A DNA stretch of 38,574 nt. Source: a virus (taxonomy: Duplodnaviria > Caudoviricetes). The position numbers and the translations under genes are program-made. The notes beneath the pieces were generated by a model. It was given only the letters and a program-made list of their open reading frames with translations, did not search any database and was not told the origin of the DNA. Shown here piece by piece: positions 24,854 through 36,079 of this stretch. Location of the stretch: positions 1 through 38,574 of IMG/VR virus record IMGVR_UViG_3300020432_000018; one strand, given 5' to 3'. The first letter of the stretch is position 1. Each line of letters opens with the position of its first letter.

Positions 24854-27517
24854 ATGACTTCAAGTTTTCAAAGCACAGCAGGGCAAATTTTTGATTCACC
24901 TGTCAATACTTTTGTAGAGCCTGTTACTACTATACGAAGAAGTAGCATGGCAGATTTAGCAGAAATTTTATCGGCAGTTAATCCAGTTCTAACAAATTTT
25001 GCAGTTCAAAAAACTGAGCAACAAAGGGCTAAACAAAAAGCAGAAGGTGAGCTTATTATTACAATGGCAAATCCCGAAAGAATACAAGAAATTACTAATG
25101 CTTTAGCTAGTAAAGATAAAACAGCTATAAAAGATTTAATTGGTAGTAATTATTTTGTAAGAACAGGTGTAGAAAAAAGAATTGCAGAACTGCAAGGTCT
25201 GTCTCAAGAAAGTAAATTAAATGAATTTTTAACTACTTATAGAGTTCAAAAAGAAAAAGATGGTGCGACTAGATCTATACCTTTAAATGAATTTAGTGTT
25301 AATTCACCAGAGTTCCAAGAAGCAATGCAGAAGTTTCAACAACAAGAAGTTGCTGACTTAACTGGTATTAGACAATCATTTATAAATCAATACTTCTTAC
25401 CAAAACAAGGCATTGCAATTCAAGGTGCTTTTTCTCAACAACAAAAAGATCACAATGAATTTAATGTAAAAATTGCATCTGATACTTTAAATGACAGTAT
25501 TATTAGTAATTTTTCAGCAATAGATTTTGATGATGTTGAAGATATAGATGTAACAAATCCAGACTCAGCTATAAATGTTGCTACAAGAAACATACAAAAA
25601 GAAATTAAATATCAAGAATCAGTAGGTTTAATAAAAAGTGTATCGCCTACAGAATTAGCAAAAACAGTAACAGCACAAGCAGAACAAATATTTTTAATTA
25701 ATCAAAGAAAAGGCAAAAGTGGTGTTGTTGCAGTAGAAGATTTTTATAATGTTATATCTAGGTTACAAGTAGGTCCAGAACAAGATGTAAAGATAGGAGT
25801 TGACGAAGAAGGTAAACCTATATTTGAAAAAAGACGAGCAACCCTAGCAAAGTTTCTTGGTGAAGATTGGAATAAAATGAAAGCTAGATTAATTAATGCA
25901 GAAAAAAGTTATGACGATTTTAAAGAAGAAAAATATTTAAAAGTTATTACACCAAGAATAGAAAGTGCTTTAAAGGATTTTGATTTTACAAATGAAGATG
26001 GTACAAGAAATACAAAAGCCTTAGAAACTTTAGGTTCTGTATTTGGTGAAAAGTATAGAGAACCTTTCTTAGAAGCTATAGAAAACTTAGATGTATCAAG
26101 AGATGATTTTTTTGATGAATTTGATATAAGAATTATAAATAAAGATTTTGTCTCTCCTTTGTATGCTTTGCGTGAATTAGAAGAATTTAGAAAATCTTTA
26201 GGTACAACAATTACAGAAGAAGATAAAACAAGATTAAATGAAGCAAAAGAACAAATTGTAAAATTATTAGGTAAAGATGTTCTAGGAGTTCAAAGAACAA
26301 AAATTAACGACATTATTAAGCAAGCAGGTACTTTATTAGGTAAAGATAATTTTGATAGTAGTTTTTATAAAGAAGAAACTTCTTTATATTATTCAGATGC
26401 TACAAATGCTCTTAACAAAAAAATTGTAGAGATTTCTAAAAATGCAGATAATTTAAATGCACAAGAATTTGAACAACAAATAAATGCAGCATTGCAAGCT
26501 TATACAGTTGATATATATAAAATTAATAATGAAAATTTAGTAGGTACTGATCAAGGATATAAATTAAAAACAAACTCAATATGGAATGAAGGTAGAAGAC
26601 AATATGAATCTGAAGTACCTCTTGACGACAGAAGTTTTGAGACTTTTGAAAGACAAAAAACTAATGAAGAAAAGCTAGAAGAAAAAAGATTACAACTAGA
26701 AAAGGAAGCAGAAGAAAAAAGGCTTGCAGAAGAAAAGAAAAAAGAAACACCAAAAGAAGAGAAAAAAGGTTTTAGACAAAATATTCTTGAATTTTTTACA
26801 CCTAAAGATGTAAGTCAAAACACCAATAACCTTGCTACACAGTTTGTAAGTCAACTACAGGATTATGGTATTAGTGAAGATGATGCAAACAATCTTGTAG
26901 ATACTTTTGCTGCTAGTCTTAACTTGCCTTATGCAGGTGGGGGTGAAGATATGAGTAGACCAGAAGGCGGTGTACTTGTAAGTGGTCTAAAACAAATGAC
27001 AGATAAGTTTGACCAGTTTAATGGTGCTGTTTCTTATGGTAGTGGTGGTAGAGAAGAAAATTTAAAGAAAGATCCAAACTTTATAAGGACTATAGAAAAA
27101 GATGGTTTTAGTCATACTTACGCTGATAAATCATCACAAGAAGTTATAGATGAAGCAAAGAATATATATATAGATTTAGTTGAAAACAATACTCAAGAAA
27201 ATGTTGAAGCTAAATATGCTATAGCTCAAATGGTTCTAACAGAAGCAATATTAAGTAGTGAAGAAGATATAATAGGTGTAATGCAATCTGTCTTAATGAG
27301 AGTAGCAAGAGCTAGATTAGGTATTAGAGAAGAGCCTTATGGTGCTTACGAAAAAGATATTATTACTGAGATGCTTAGACCTTATCAGTATGCTGGCTTA
27401 GAAGGTAAGACAAAAGAAGATTTATTAAGTCCTACACCAATTAAGGAAGATGAAGAGACATTGAAGAGAGTAATTGATATTCTATGGAAGAAGCAACCTG
27501 ACCAAACAATAATCTAA
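24854..27517 (+). CDS. Internal virion protein C (gp15-like) with C-terminal SleB/Hydrolase_2-like domain
   Basis: Synteny and size. IAQMVLTEA...GVMQSVLMRV...IITEMLRPYQY pattern. Confidence 0.75.
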   Translation: MTSSFQSTAGQIFDSPVNTFVEPVTTIRRSSMADLAEILSAVNPVLTNFAVQKTEQQRAKQKAEGELIITMANPERIQEITNALASKDKTAIKDLIGSNYFVRTGVEKRIAELQGLSQESKLNEFLTTYRVQKEKDGATRSIPLNEFSVNSPEFQEAMQKFQQQEVADLTGIRQSFINQYFLPKQGIAIQGAFSQQQKDHNEFNVKIASDTLNDSIISNFSAIDFDDVEDIDVTNPDSAINVATRNIQKEIKYQESVGLIKSVSPTELAKTVTAQAEQIFLINQRKGKSGVVAVEDFYNVISRLQVGPEQDVKIGVDEEGKPIFEKRRATLAKFLGEDWNKMKARLINAEKSYDDFKEEKYLKVITPRIESALKDFDFTNEDGTRNTKALETLGSVFGEKYREPFLEAIENLDVSRDDFFDEFDIRIINKDFVSPLYALRELEEFRKSLGTTITEEDKTRLNEAKEQIVKLLGKDVLGVQRTKINDIIKQAGTLLGKDNFDSSFYKEETSLYYSDATNALNKKIVEISKNADNLNAQEFEQQINAALQAYTVDIYKINNENLVGTDQGYKLKTNSIWNEGRRQYESEVPLDDRSFETFERQKTNEEKLEEKRLQLEKEAEEKRLAEEKKKETPKEEKKGFRQNILEFFTPKDVSQNTNNLATQFVSQLQDYGISEDDANNLVDTFAASLNLPYAGGGEDMSRPEGGVLVSGLKQMTDKFDQFNGAVSYGSGGREENLKKDPNFIRTIEKDGFSHTYADKSSQEVIDEAKNIYIDLVENNTQENVEAKYAIAQMVLTEAILSSEEDIIGVMQSVLMRVARARLGIREEPYGAYEKDIITEMLRPYQYAGLEGKTKEDLLSPTPIKEDEETLKRVIDILWKKQPDQTII

Positions 27518-30500
27518 ATGACAGACTCAGCATTAAATAACCAGACAAACAATGAAGAGGAATCTTTTGATTTTTCTGATTTGACAAACTTCAATAAAGT
27601 TAAATATGAACCTGCAAATGTAGGTAATAATAATACGCAAAAAAATAGTTACTTTGATTGGAATACACAAATAGATATAAAAGATACTTACAACACTTTG
27701 TATAAAGATACAGAAGATGATGATGATGATTTTGAGTTTTATAACGAAAGTATGTTTGATCCTTCGCAAGAAGTATTTTCAGCATTTACACAAGCCGATA
27801 ACGAAAGCAAAAACCTTCATGTATCTGATGATATGTTGAAGTATCTTGGATTAAATAATTTCTTTGATAAAACAAAAAATACCAATACACCTTTAAGAAG
27901 ACCTAGCGACAGAATTGCTATTGAAAAAGTATTTAAAGATGCAACAGGTTTTTATTTTCAAGATTTTCTTAATAACGAAATACCAAAGTCTTCAATAGAA
28001 ACAGAGCAATTTCAAATTGGATTAGATAAAGTATTTCAGTTTTACGAGGATCAAGGGTTTGAAGTAGAGATACCAGAAAGAACAAACCTTACACAGTTTG
28101 AACAAACCATGAAAGGTTTAGGTATTGAAATTGGTGGTGGTCTTACGCTTGATGCTTTGACAGCACCTTTACTAGGTGCAGGTCCGTACGGAATACTTGC
28201 TTATGGAGTTATAAATACTGTTGGTGGTGGTATTTTTAACTATGAAGCACAGAAAAAAAGATTTGGACAGACAGGTTTTTTAGGTGTTAAAGATCAAATA
28301 AATTATGGAGAACTTTTAACTTCTAGTGCTATTCAAGCCATACCTTTTGCAACAGAAACTAAAGGATTGAAAGGTGTAGCTAAATCAGGACTTTTTGGTG
28401 GAACTTTAGGTGGTGCTGAAGTAACAGTAAGAACTTTAATAGATGAACAAAGGTTTCCTTCTTTTGAAGAATTTGTAACTTCTGTAGGTCTTGGTTCTGG
28501 TTTTGCTGCAAGTTTTAAAGGTGGATTAGAACTTTTGGAACGTCTAGGTAAAAAGTTTGCAGGTAAAAATGCAGATGAAGTAAACAAACTACTTACTAAA
28601 ACTGAAAAAGAAAAGATTGATAAAGTTGTTGAAGATAGTTTTGTACTACAAGAACAGATACAACAACAACCACAAGCTAATGTAAGAGGTGATGGTGGTT
28701 TTAATATTGGTGAAACTAATTTAGGTGAATTTAAATTACCTAAAGGTTTCTTAAAAATGAGTCCTAGATATGGTTCTGCTAGTTTAGAATTTGGTTCTGA
28801 TATAGATAAAGTTGCATATATATTAAGAGGTAACAGAGTAAAACCTTTAACAGATAAACAAAAAATATCACACGAAAGATTGACCAGATTATTAGAAGAT
28901 CAAGGTATTGATGTCAATACAGTAAGAAATCATGGATCTAAAATACATCAAAAGATAAAAGATATAGTAAAACAAAAAACAGGTTCAGCTAAAGCAACAC
29001 CTGACAATACAGGCGGTATGATGATTAAAGTACCAACTGATAATGTATTTATAAAAAAAGTAAAACAGAAAACAGGTGGAGAAGATCTAGGACCAAAGAA
29101 TCTTAATCCTAATCAAACTAGCTTATTGAAAGCTGTAGACCAAGCAAGTGCTACTAATATTAAAAATGCAGTAAAAGCTCTTAAATCAAAAGGTTGGACA
29201 AGTGCAGAGACAGTTACAGATAAAGAAAACATTTTAAAAGCTGTAAAACTATTTGACCCAGATCAACCAGACTTTACAAAGAAAGTATTGGAATTAGAAA
29301 AGTCTGATTTGATTGTAAAGATGGCAGACGAAATAGAATCTTATGGTCTTATAAACAAACAACCAGAAGTTAATACTGCTTTAGCTTTAAATGCTGTGTT
29401 TGCAGCAGAACGATTAAATAATAAAAACAATGCTTTTTTAAATGCTTTAAATAGTAAAAATCCAGAACAAATTGAAACAGCCATAACAGAACTTACTGGT
29501 TCTATAGATGCAATGAAACTATGGTTAATGAGATATTTAAAACCAAGCAGCAGAGCAGGTCAAATCTTACAAAAATTAAATATAAAACCTTTAAAAGGTA
29601 TGGAAGGTAAGACAGCAGCAGAATATGTAGAAGCTGCAAACTTAAAATTAAATAAAACTGCCGAAGAAAAATTAGTAAATACTTTAGAAGAAGTTGCTTT
29701 TAGTAGCGAGAATCTAAAAAAAGATTTGATAAGACAACTAGAAACTTCAAAACAAACAGGTGATTTTAGTGAACTTTATAGAATAGGAAAAATAATACAA
29801 GCAGCAGACGGAGAAACAGAAACTTTATTTGGTCTTACAAAAGTAGATGCTTTTAGAGTGCAAGACGATAATGCACTTACCAAAGGATTTAAAGTAGCTA
29901 ACGAGATTGGTATAAATGGAATGTTATATAGATTTGGTACTAATACAGCAAACTTTGTATCTGCAACTTTAAACACTTATCACAGACAACTAAAGCTATT
30001 TTTAGGTGCAGAAAATCCAGAAATGTTAGAAGCTGCTATGAGACATTTTGTTTCTTTGCATAGCAACTATCACTTTATGAGAAAGGCATATAAAAAATCT
30101 ATGAAGATGGAAGATAACTTTATTAACTTAGGAAATAGAAAATATCAAAACAGATTTGCTATTAAATCTGATGGTAGTGGTGCAGGTGCTAAAGCTATTA
30201 ATGCTGCTGGTACTGCAATAAGATTTTCTGGTCGTAATATGACAGCTACAGACGCAGCAGTACAAGCACCAAACTTAATTGCAGATGTAACTTATATGGC
30301 ATTTATAGAAGCAAAAAGACAAGGATTACCAAGAAATGAAATAGATAAATTTATTAAAAAACATACTAATGCAGTTCTTGAATGGTATGCACAAAATGGC
30401 GATAATGAATTAGAACCACTTACAAAAAGATTTTTATTACACGCTAAAAAACAAGCTAAGTTTGCAACTTTTACTCAAGACATTGATACTACAGGTAAGT

Positions 30501-32140
30501 TTGGTCAAGCTATGAAATTTGCTGATAATGCAGCAAACAAATATCCATTAGTAAGATTATTTATATCTTTTACAAGAACACCTGCAAATATTAAATCAGG
30601 TAATTTTAGAAATAATCCTATGTTTACACCCTTTGTAAATCCTTTAAATAAACAACAACAAATAAATATTCCAGATCAAGTTCCTTTAGTTGGTGGTAGA
30701 AATCTAAATTTATTAAGTGAATTAACAGTACCAGAATTAAGAAAACAACTTAATAGTCCTGATCCAAAGATACGAGCTATAGCAAATGCAGACATAAATC
30801 AAGCTGTTGCTTTTATTACAAGCATTGCTGGTTTTGTTACTTCTGCCAACATATTGGCAAATGACCCAGAGTATATACCACCAGTAATACTAACAGGAGG
30901 TGGACCTGATTTTGGAACTAAAGAAGGTGCTGCTATGTGGAAAAAAATGTATTTAAATCGTTGGCGACCATATAGCATTGGGTATCTTCAATATGATGAA
31001 AATGGTGAACCCGAAATAGGGGAAGATGGTAAACCTGTTTATATTTACAGATCTTATGAAGGTTGGTTAGAACCTTTATCTGGCTCATTAAAAATGACAG
31101 TTGATACTATAAATTCATTAGGAATACTTGGTGGTAAGCCTTATGACGAAGCAACAACAGGGTTAGTAATGTCTATAGTACAAAACCTTTACAATGATTC
31201 ATGGACTTCTCAAGCAGAAGAATTAATTAATGTTATGAGAAGTAGTGCAGATTTAGTAGATAGTGAAGGTGATCCTGTTAAAGATTATAGAAGTAAAAAG
31301 TTTGCTAATTTTGTTGGTAGATTTATTACATCAAGAGGACCATTTTCAGGTGTTGTTGCTGAATTAAGAAGGTATCCAGCAGACTTATTAAAAGTAATGG
31401 GCTTTAGTAATGAAGAAATAAAAGTATTTCAAAGAAGACCAGACACAAGAGTAAGGGCTGGTGATATAAACAAATCAGATGACCCTAAGGATCCAAACTA
31501 TAATAAGTCTTCAATGTTTGCTTTAGCGTGGAGATCAACCCTAAATGAAATTAGTCGTAGGTATGGCATAGGACCAGACTTACCTTTTGATGTAGAACAT
31601 ATAACAAATGAACCAATAGTCTACCCAAACAGAATGGGTGGTAATATTTTTGGAATTGGTGTTACTACAAAAAGTAAAAACTATCCTGTATATACTGCTT
31701 TGCAAGGTATAGGAAGAAGACTAGCAGAGCCTAGTGAGTTTGTTACAGGTGAATATAACAAGCAAAATTTTGTACCGATTAGATTAGATACCTATGAATA
31801 CAACGCTATGAAAAAAGATATTAATACTATGGAACTTAATGCTGGATATGGTAAAAAGACTATACTTGAAAGTATGGAAGCATATTTAAAAACTGATAGA
31901 TACTTAAAAGCAAAAGGTATTGTTGATGAATTTGGTTTAAAAAGTGAACAAGGCTCAATAGCAGCTAATAATATTTTTTATGAATTAAGTGCAATTAATA
32001 AAAGATATATACAACGAGGAGAATATAATCATATTAATAAGAAATTTTCAAAAGAAGAACAAAGAGGTATATTGAATTATAAAAGAGGAATACAAAAAGA
32101 TTATAATAATCTTATAAGAAGACCCTCTTTAAACGAGTAA
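27518..32140 (+). CDS. Internal virion protein D (gp16-like)
   Basis: 1540 aa, Gly-rich hydrophobic segments, FISFTRTPANI and LTGGGP motifs; synteny. Confidence 0.8.
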   Translation: MTDSALNNQTNNEEESFDFSDLTNFNKVKYEPANVGNNNTQKNSYFDWNTQIDIKDTYNTLYKDTEDDDDDFEFYNESMFDPSQEVFSAFTQADNESKNLHVSDDMLKYLGLNNFFDKTKNTNTPLRRPSDRIAIEKVFKDATGFYFQDFLNNEIPKSSIETEQFQIGLDKVFQFYEDQGFEVEIPERTNLTQFEQTMKGLGIEIGGGLTLDALTAPLLGAGPYGILAYGVINTVGGGIFNYEAQKKRFGQTGFLGVKDQINYGELLTSSAIQAIPFATETKGLKGVAKSGLFGGTLGGAEVTVRTLIDEQRFPSFEEFVTSVGLGSGFAASFKGGLELLERLGKKFAGKNADEVNKLLTKTEKEKIDKVVEDSFVLQEQIQQQPQANVRGDGGFNIGETNLGEFKLPKGFLKMSPRYGSASLEFGSDIDKVAYILRGNRVKPLTDKQKISHERLTRLLEDQGIDVNTVRNHGSKIHQKIKDIVKQKTGSAKATPDNTGGMMIKVPTDNVFIKKVKQKTGGEDLGPKNLNPNQTSLLKAVDQASATNIKNAVKALKSKGWTSAETVTDKENILKAVKLFDPDQPDFTKKVLELEKSDLIVKMADEIESYGLINKQPEVNTALALNAVFAAERLNNKNNAFLNALNSKNPEQIETAITELTGSIDAMKLWLMRYLKPSSRAGQILQKLNIKPLKGMEGKTAAEYVEAANLKLNKTAEEKLVNTLEEVAFSSENLKKDLIRQLETSKQTGDFSELYRIGKIIQAADGETETLFGLTKVDAFRVQDDNALTKGFKVANEIGINGMLYRFGTNTANFVSATLNTYHRQLKLFLGAENPEMLEAAMRHFVSLHSNYHFMRKAYKKSMKMEDNFINLGNRKYQNRFAIKSDGSGAGAKAINAAGTAIRFSGRNMTATDAAVQAPNLIADVTYMAFIEAKRQGLPRNEIDKFIKKHTNAVLEWYAQNGDNELEPLTKRFLLHAKKQAKFATFTQDIDTTGKFGQAMKFADNAANKYPLVRLFISFTRTPANIKSGNFRNNPMFTPFVNPLNKQQQINIPDQVPLVGGRNLNLLSELTVPELRKQLNSPDPKIRAIANADINQAVAFITSIAGFVTSANILANDPEYIPPVILTGGGPDFGTKEGAAMWKKMYLNRWRPYSIGYLQYDENGEPEIGEDGKPVYIYRSYEGWLEPLSGSLKMTVDTINSLGILGGKPYDEATTGLVMSIVQNLYNDSWTSQAEELINVMRSSADLVDSEGDPVKDYRSKKFANFVGRFITSRGPFSGVVAELRRYPADLLKVMGFSNEEIKVFQRRPDTRVRAGDINKSDDPKDPNYNKSSMFALAWRSTLNEISRRYGIGPDLPFDVEHITNEPIVYPNRMGGNIFGIGVTTKSKNYPVYTALQGIGRRLAEPSEFVTGEYNKQNFVPIRLDTYEYNAMKKDINTMELNAGYGKKTILESMEAYLKTDRYLKAKGIVDEFGLKSEQGSIAANNIFYELSAINKRYIQRGEYNHINKKFSKEEQRGILNYKRGIQKDYNNLIRRPSLNE

Positions 32141-32141
32141 C

Positions 32142-33932
32142 ATGGCTACCAACACAGCAACATCTTTTACTAATCATACTGCCCCTTCTTCTGGTTCTAC
32201 TGCTGGTCCTTATGCTATTAGTTTTAATTATTTAGAACAGTCTGATGTTGATGTAACTGTTGATGGAGTGTTGCAAACACTAAGTGTTGCTTATACCTTT
32301 ACTAGTGGTACTCAAATAACATTTACTTCTGGTAATGAACCTGCAAACGGAGCTGCTATTGTTATTAAAAGAGATACTAATATTAGTGCTAAGAAAGTAG
32401 ACTTTCAAGATGGTTCTGTTCTTACTGAAACAGATTTAGATACTAATACTGAACAACTGTTATTTGGTCTTCAAGAATTTACTGACAAGATAAATGGTAT
32501 AGAAGATCTCTCTACAAGAGATATGGACGCATTAGAAATAAAAATAGCATACGAAAGTAATAGCAATACAAATGCTTTTACGGATGCAGAGCAAACAAAA
32601 TTATCAGGTATTGAGGCATCAGCAACAGCCGATCAAACCGCAGCAGAGATTAGAACTTTAGTAGAAAGTGCTACTGATAGTAATGTTTTTACTGATGCAG
32701 ACCACGCTAAGTTAGATTCACTTTCTAATGTTACTAATGCAATACTAAACAGTGACCTTGATGGTAAAGGTGAATTGTTAGTTGGAGATGGCTCTGGTAA
32801 CCCTACAGCTTTACCTGTTGGTACAGATGGTTATGTGTTAAAAGCCGATAGCAACGAACCAACAGGTGTTAAATGGTCGCTTGCTACTGCTAATGCTCCT
32901 CTTAACCAAAGTCTTAACGCTTCTAATTTAACTTCTGGTACAATACCAAATTCCGTATTTCCAGCAACTTTACCAGCAATTAGTGGAACTAACTTAACTA
33001 ATTTAAACGCATCTAACTTATCATCTGGCACAGTTCCTGACGCTAGATTTCCAGCAACACTGCCAGCAGCTTCAGCAACAAACCTTACATCTATACCAGC
33101 AGGGCAACTTACAGGTGCTTTGCCAGCAATCGATGGATCTGCTTTAACAAACTTACCTAGTGGCGGTACGACATATTCTGCTGGATCTGGCTTGATACTT
33201 ACTGGCACTACATTCTCTGTTGATACTTTAAACCAAAACACAACAGGATCAGCAGCCACACTAACTACAGCAAGAAATATAGCTGGTGTTGCTTTTGATG
33301 GTTCAGCAGATATATCTCTTAACAATAATGCAATTACTAATGGTGCTGGATATATTGACGGTTCAGCTTTAAATGCAACCAATTTAACTTCTGGCACAAT
33401 ACCAGATGCTAGATTTCCAGCAACCTTGCCGGCAGTTTCAGCAGCAAACTTAACATCAATACCAGCAGCTAACATAACTGGTACGCTACCAGCGATAAGT
33501 GGAGCAAATTTAACTAATTTACCAGCAGCAGATTTAAGCAGTCTTAATGCTAGTAATTTATCTAGCGGTACAATACCTGACGCCAGATTCCCCGCCACAT
33601 TGCCAGCGATAAGTGGAGCTAATTTAACTAATTTACCCGCAGGTAATCTTTCAAATTTAGATGCTTCTAATTTAACTTCTGGCACAATACCAGATGCTAG
33701 GTTTCCAGCCACTTTACCAGCGATATCAGGTGCAAACCTAACAAATTTACCTAGTGGTGCTGGTAGCTTAGTAGGTGGGAGTGGTGAAGAAATTTTTGTA
33801 GAAGTAGATAATGAAATGAATAATAGTTTTACCACAACATCTGGAAGAAATTATATAGCTTTGTCTAATTTAAGTATTGCTACTGGTGTTGTATTTACTA
33901 TTACAACTGGCACTATTGTAAATTTCACTTAA
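32142..33932 (+). CDS. Tail fibre protein (T7 gp17-like N-terminal anchor)
   Basis: FNYLEQSDVDVTVDG...IKRDT...VDFQDGSVLTETDLD anchor, then a repeat shaft. Confidence 0.93.
   Translation: MATNTATSFTNHTAPSSGSTAGPYAISFNYLEQSDVDVTVDGVLQTLSVAYTFTSGTQITFTSGNEPANGAAIVIKRDTNISAKKVDFQDGSVLTETDLDTNTEQLLFGLQEFTDKINGIEDLSTRDMDALEIKIAYESNSNTNAFTDAEQTKLSGIEASATADQTAAEIRTLVESATDSNVFTDADHAKLDSLSNVTNAILNSDLDGKGELLVGDGSGNPTALPVGTDGYVLKADSNEPTGVKWSLATANAPLNQSLNASNLTSGTIPNSVFPATLPAISGTNLTNLNASNLSSGTVPDARFPATLPAASATNLTSIPAGQLTGALPAIDGSALTNLPSGGTTYSAGSGLILTGTTFSVDTLNQNTTGSAATLTTARNIAGVAFDGSADISLNNNAITNGAGYIDGSALNATNLTSGTIPDARFPATLPAVSAANLTSIPAANITGTLPAISGANLTNLPAADLSSLNASNLSSGTIPDARFPATLPAISGANLTNLPAGNLSNLDASNLTSGTIPDARFPATLPAISGANLTNLPSGAGSLVGGSGEEIFVEVDNEMNNSFTTTSGRNYIALSNLSIATGVVFTITTGTIVNFT
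32913..33755 (+). repeat. Five ~30-aa coding repeats in the tail fibre shaft
   Basis: Consensus LNASNL[TS]SGT[IV]PDARFPATLPAISGANLTNL, plus two half-repeats. Confidence 0.9.
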
Positions 33933-33936
33933 AATT

Positions 33937-34143
33937 ATGACAGCTAAAGCTTTTGCCTATCTCGTGAAATCAGGAGGTCTAGTAGGATCTGGTGGTGAAC
34001 AATTATTTATTGAAGCAGATAGCCAAGTAGATAATAGTTTTACAACAACAACAGGCCAAAACTATTATGCAGTAAGTCCATTAACTATTGCATCTGGTGT
34101 TGTTTTAACTATTTCTAATGAAACTGTTTTAGACTTTATTTAA
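33937..34143 (+). CDS. Stand-alone copy of the tail fibre C-terminal domain (putative adaptor)
   Basis: GLVGSGGEQLFIEADSQVDNSFTTTTGQNY aligns with GSLVGGSGEEIFVEVDNEMNNSFTTTSGRNY of the fibre. Confidence 0.8.
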   Translation: MTAKAFAYLVKSGGLVGSGGEQLFIEADSQVDNSFTTTTGQNYYAVSPLTIASGVVLTISNETVLDFI

Positions 34144-34162
34144 GAAACATTTTTTATTTATT

Positions 34163-35056
34163 ATGACAAAATTAAATGTTAATGAAATTGAAGCTAATGG
34201 TACAAACAGCAATGTAAAAGTTGTCGGTAAAGGTGCTGATGGGGGTTGCGAAATTAAAGGTGGTACTAATGACGCAACTTTGCAATTAAATTGTTCGGCA
34301 CAAACTCATGGTGTCAAATTAAAATCACCACCTGATAGTGCAGCCCAAAACTACACAATAATTTTGCCTGACAATCAAATAGATGCAAATAAAGTCTTAA
34401 AAGTAAAAAGTATTACTGGTAGTGGCGCAACTGCTGTTGGTCAATTGGAATATGCAGCTCCACCAACAACAACAGTAACTAATATGAATGCATCTAATAT
34501 AACAAGTGGTACGTTACCAAATGCTAGATTTCCTTCTTTAAGCGCAACTGATGGCGCTGGTTTAGCTTTAATAAGTAAATCTACAGTATCAACAGATAAT
34601 ACTATTACAACTATTGATTTTGATTTAGAAGATAATAGTTTATATAGATTAGTCGGTAAAAATATTACACTTTCTGCAAATAATGACAATATAAAATTTG
34701 AATGGTTAGATAGTAGTAGCCAAGCGCAAACAAATATAATTAATAGCAATTATAGAGCATACAATAAGTACACTGAAACACAAAGCTATGTTATACCATG
34801 GGATGATCAAGGTTATATGGGTACAGAATTTTCATTCATAGCAACAATTAGTACTAAAGCATATTTTAACTATATGATTCTTAATCATTATGCCCCTGGC
34901 TATCAATATAATTATTGCGATTCGTATTCAATGTTTGACCATGAAGCGACTGACGGTACAACAAAAAGTATAAATAAAATTAGATTAACAACTAACAACA
35001 GTAATTACTATCAATCTAATACACAAATACTACTATATAAATATAATGAAAGTTAA
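34163..35056 (+). CDS. Distal tail fibre / receptor-binding paralog 1
   Basis: N-terminus MTKLNVNEIE, shared LKVKSITGSG...GQLEY block, one shaft repeat, variable C-terminus ending ILLYK. Confidence 0.75.
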   Translation: MTKLNVNEIEANGTNSNVKVVGKGADGGCEIKGGTNDATLQLNCSAQTHGVKLKSPPDSAAQNYTIILPDNQIDANKVLKVKSITGSGATAVGQLEYAAPPTTTVTNMNASNITSGTLPNARFPSLSATDGAGLALISKSTVSTDNTITTIDFDLEDNSLYRLVGKNITLSANNDNIKFEWLDSSSQAQTNIINSNYRAYNKYTETQSYVIPWDDQGYMGTEFSFIATISTKAYFNYMILNHYAPGYQYNYCDSYSMFDHEATDGTTKSINKIRLTTNNSNYYQSNTQILLYKYNES

Positions 35057-35060
35057 GGTA

Positions 35061-35089
35061 TAGACTTAAATATATTAATTTCTTATAAT
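35061..35089 (+). promoter_or_regulatory. sigma70-type promoter in front of paralog 2
   Basis: TAGACT (35061-35066), 17 bp, TATAAT (35084-35089), followed by (TAAAT)x4. Confidence 0.5.
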
Positions 35090-35119
35090 TAAATTAAATT
35101 AAATTAAATTTTTAATAAT

Positions 35120-36079
35120 ATGTCAAAAATAAAAATTAATGAAATTGAATCTTTATCATCTAATGGAGATTTAAGTATAACTCCTGATGGTACTGGTGTA
35201 TTTGAAGTAACAGGAGAAGATGATAGTGGGACTTTACAACTTAATACTACAACACAAACCAACAAAATAAAGGTTAAAGCACCTTCTACAGCGCAAAATT
35301 ATACAATGGTTTTGCCTACAACTGATATCGATTTATCTACTAATAAAATTCTTAAAGTTGATTCTATAACAGGTAGTGGTAGCACGGCGGTAGGTCAATT
35401 AGCATACACAGATTTACCAGAACCAGACTTAACACAATTAGACGCATCTCAACTTACTACTGGTACAGTGCCAAGCGCAAGAATAGCAAGTCCATTACCT
35501 GCAACAGCTGGTGCTGCATTTAAACACGTTTCTACAAACATTGTAACTGGATCGTATGGTGTATCGTATATAGATTTCACCTTAGATGATAATTCTTTAT
35601 ATAAACTAATTGGTATAGATCTTCGTACAGGTAACTCAAATCTTCAAGCAACACAAAGTGATGGCATAACTTTTAAATTTATAAGCTCTACAGGTGCACA
35701 CCAAAATATTGCATATCAAGGTTTTTATGCAGATTGGATGACAACTGGTTCTAGTCATCAAGCATATACATTTGGTGGTTCTGGATCAAGTACGGCATAT
35801 ATGTACACAAAATGGATGACAAACGTAGCTAATTCTGCGTATCACAACTCAATTTTTGAGTTTGCAACTGGCGGTAAAAATGCATGGTTTTATTCAAAAT
35901 TAAGAGATATGAACTCATCAGGAGCATATGAGTTTAACTTTTCTGAATTAAGAGGAAGTATTGATAATGCTCAAGGAAGTAATTATGAATTTAGAAAATT
36001 AAGAATAGGGCAGTCTAATGGTAGTGAGTACTTTATACCTCCTACTGAGTTTCGTTTATATAAATATATGGAAGCATGA
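35120..36079 (+). CDS. Distal tail fibre / receptor-binding paralog 2
   Basis: Same architecture (MSKIKINEIE...FRLYK). Confidence 0.75.
   Translation: MSKIKINEIESLSSNGDLSITPDGTGVFEVTGEDDSGTLQLNTTTQTNKIKVKAPSTAQNYTMVLPTTDIDLSTNKILKVDSITGSGSTAVGQLAYTDLPEPDLTQLDASQLTTGTVPSARIASPLPATAGAAFKHVSTNIVTGSYGVSYIDFTLDDNSLYKLIGIDLRTGNSNLQATQSDGITFKFISSTGAHQNIAYQGFYADWMTTGSSHQAYTFGGSGSSTAYMYTKWMTNVANSAYHNSIFEFATGGKNAWFYSKLRDMNSSGAYEFNFSELRGSIDNAQGSNYEFRKLRIGQSNGSEYFIPPTEFRLYKYMEA

Noticed and set aside
32831-33835. 334-aa minus-strand ORF
   Set aside because: Antisense shadow of the repetitive tail fibre; its repeats mirror the plus-strand codons and it has no independent gene context.
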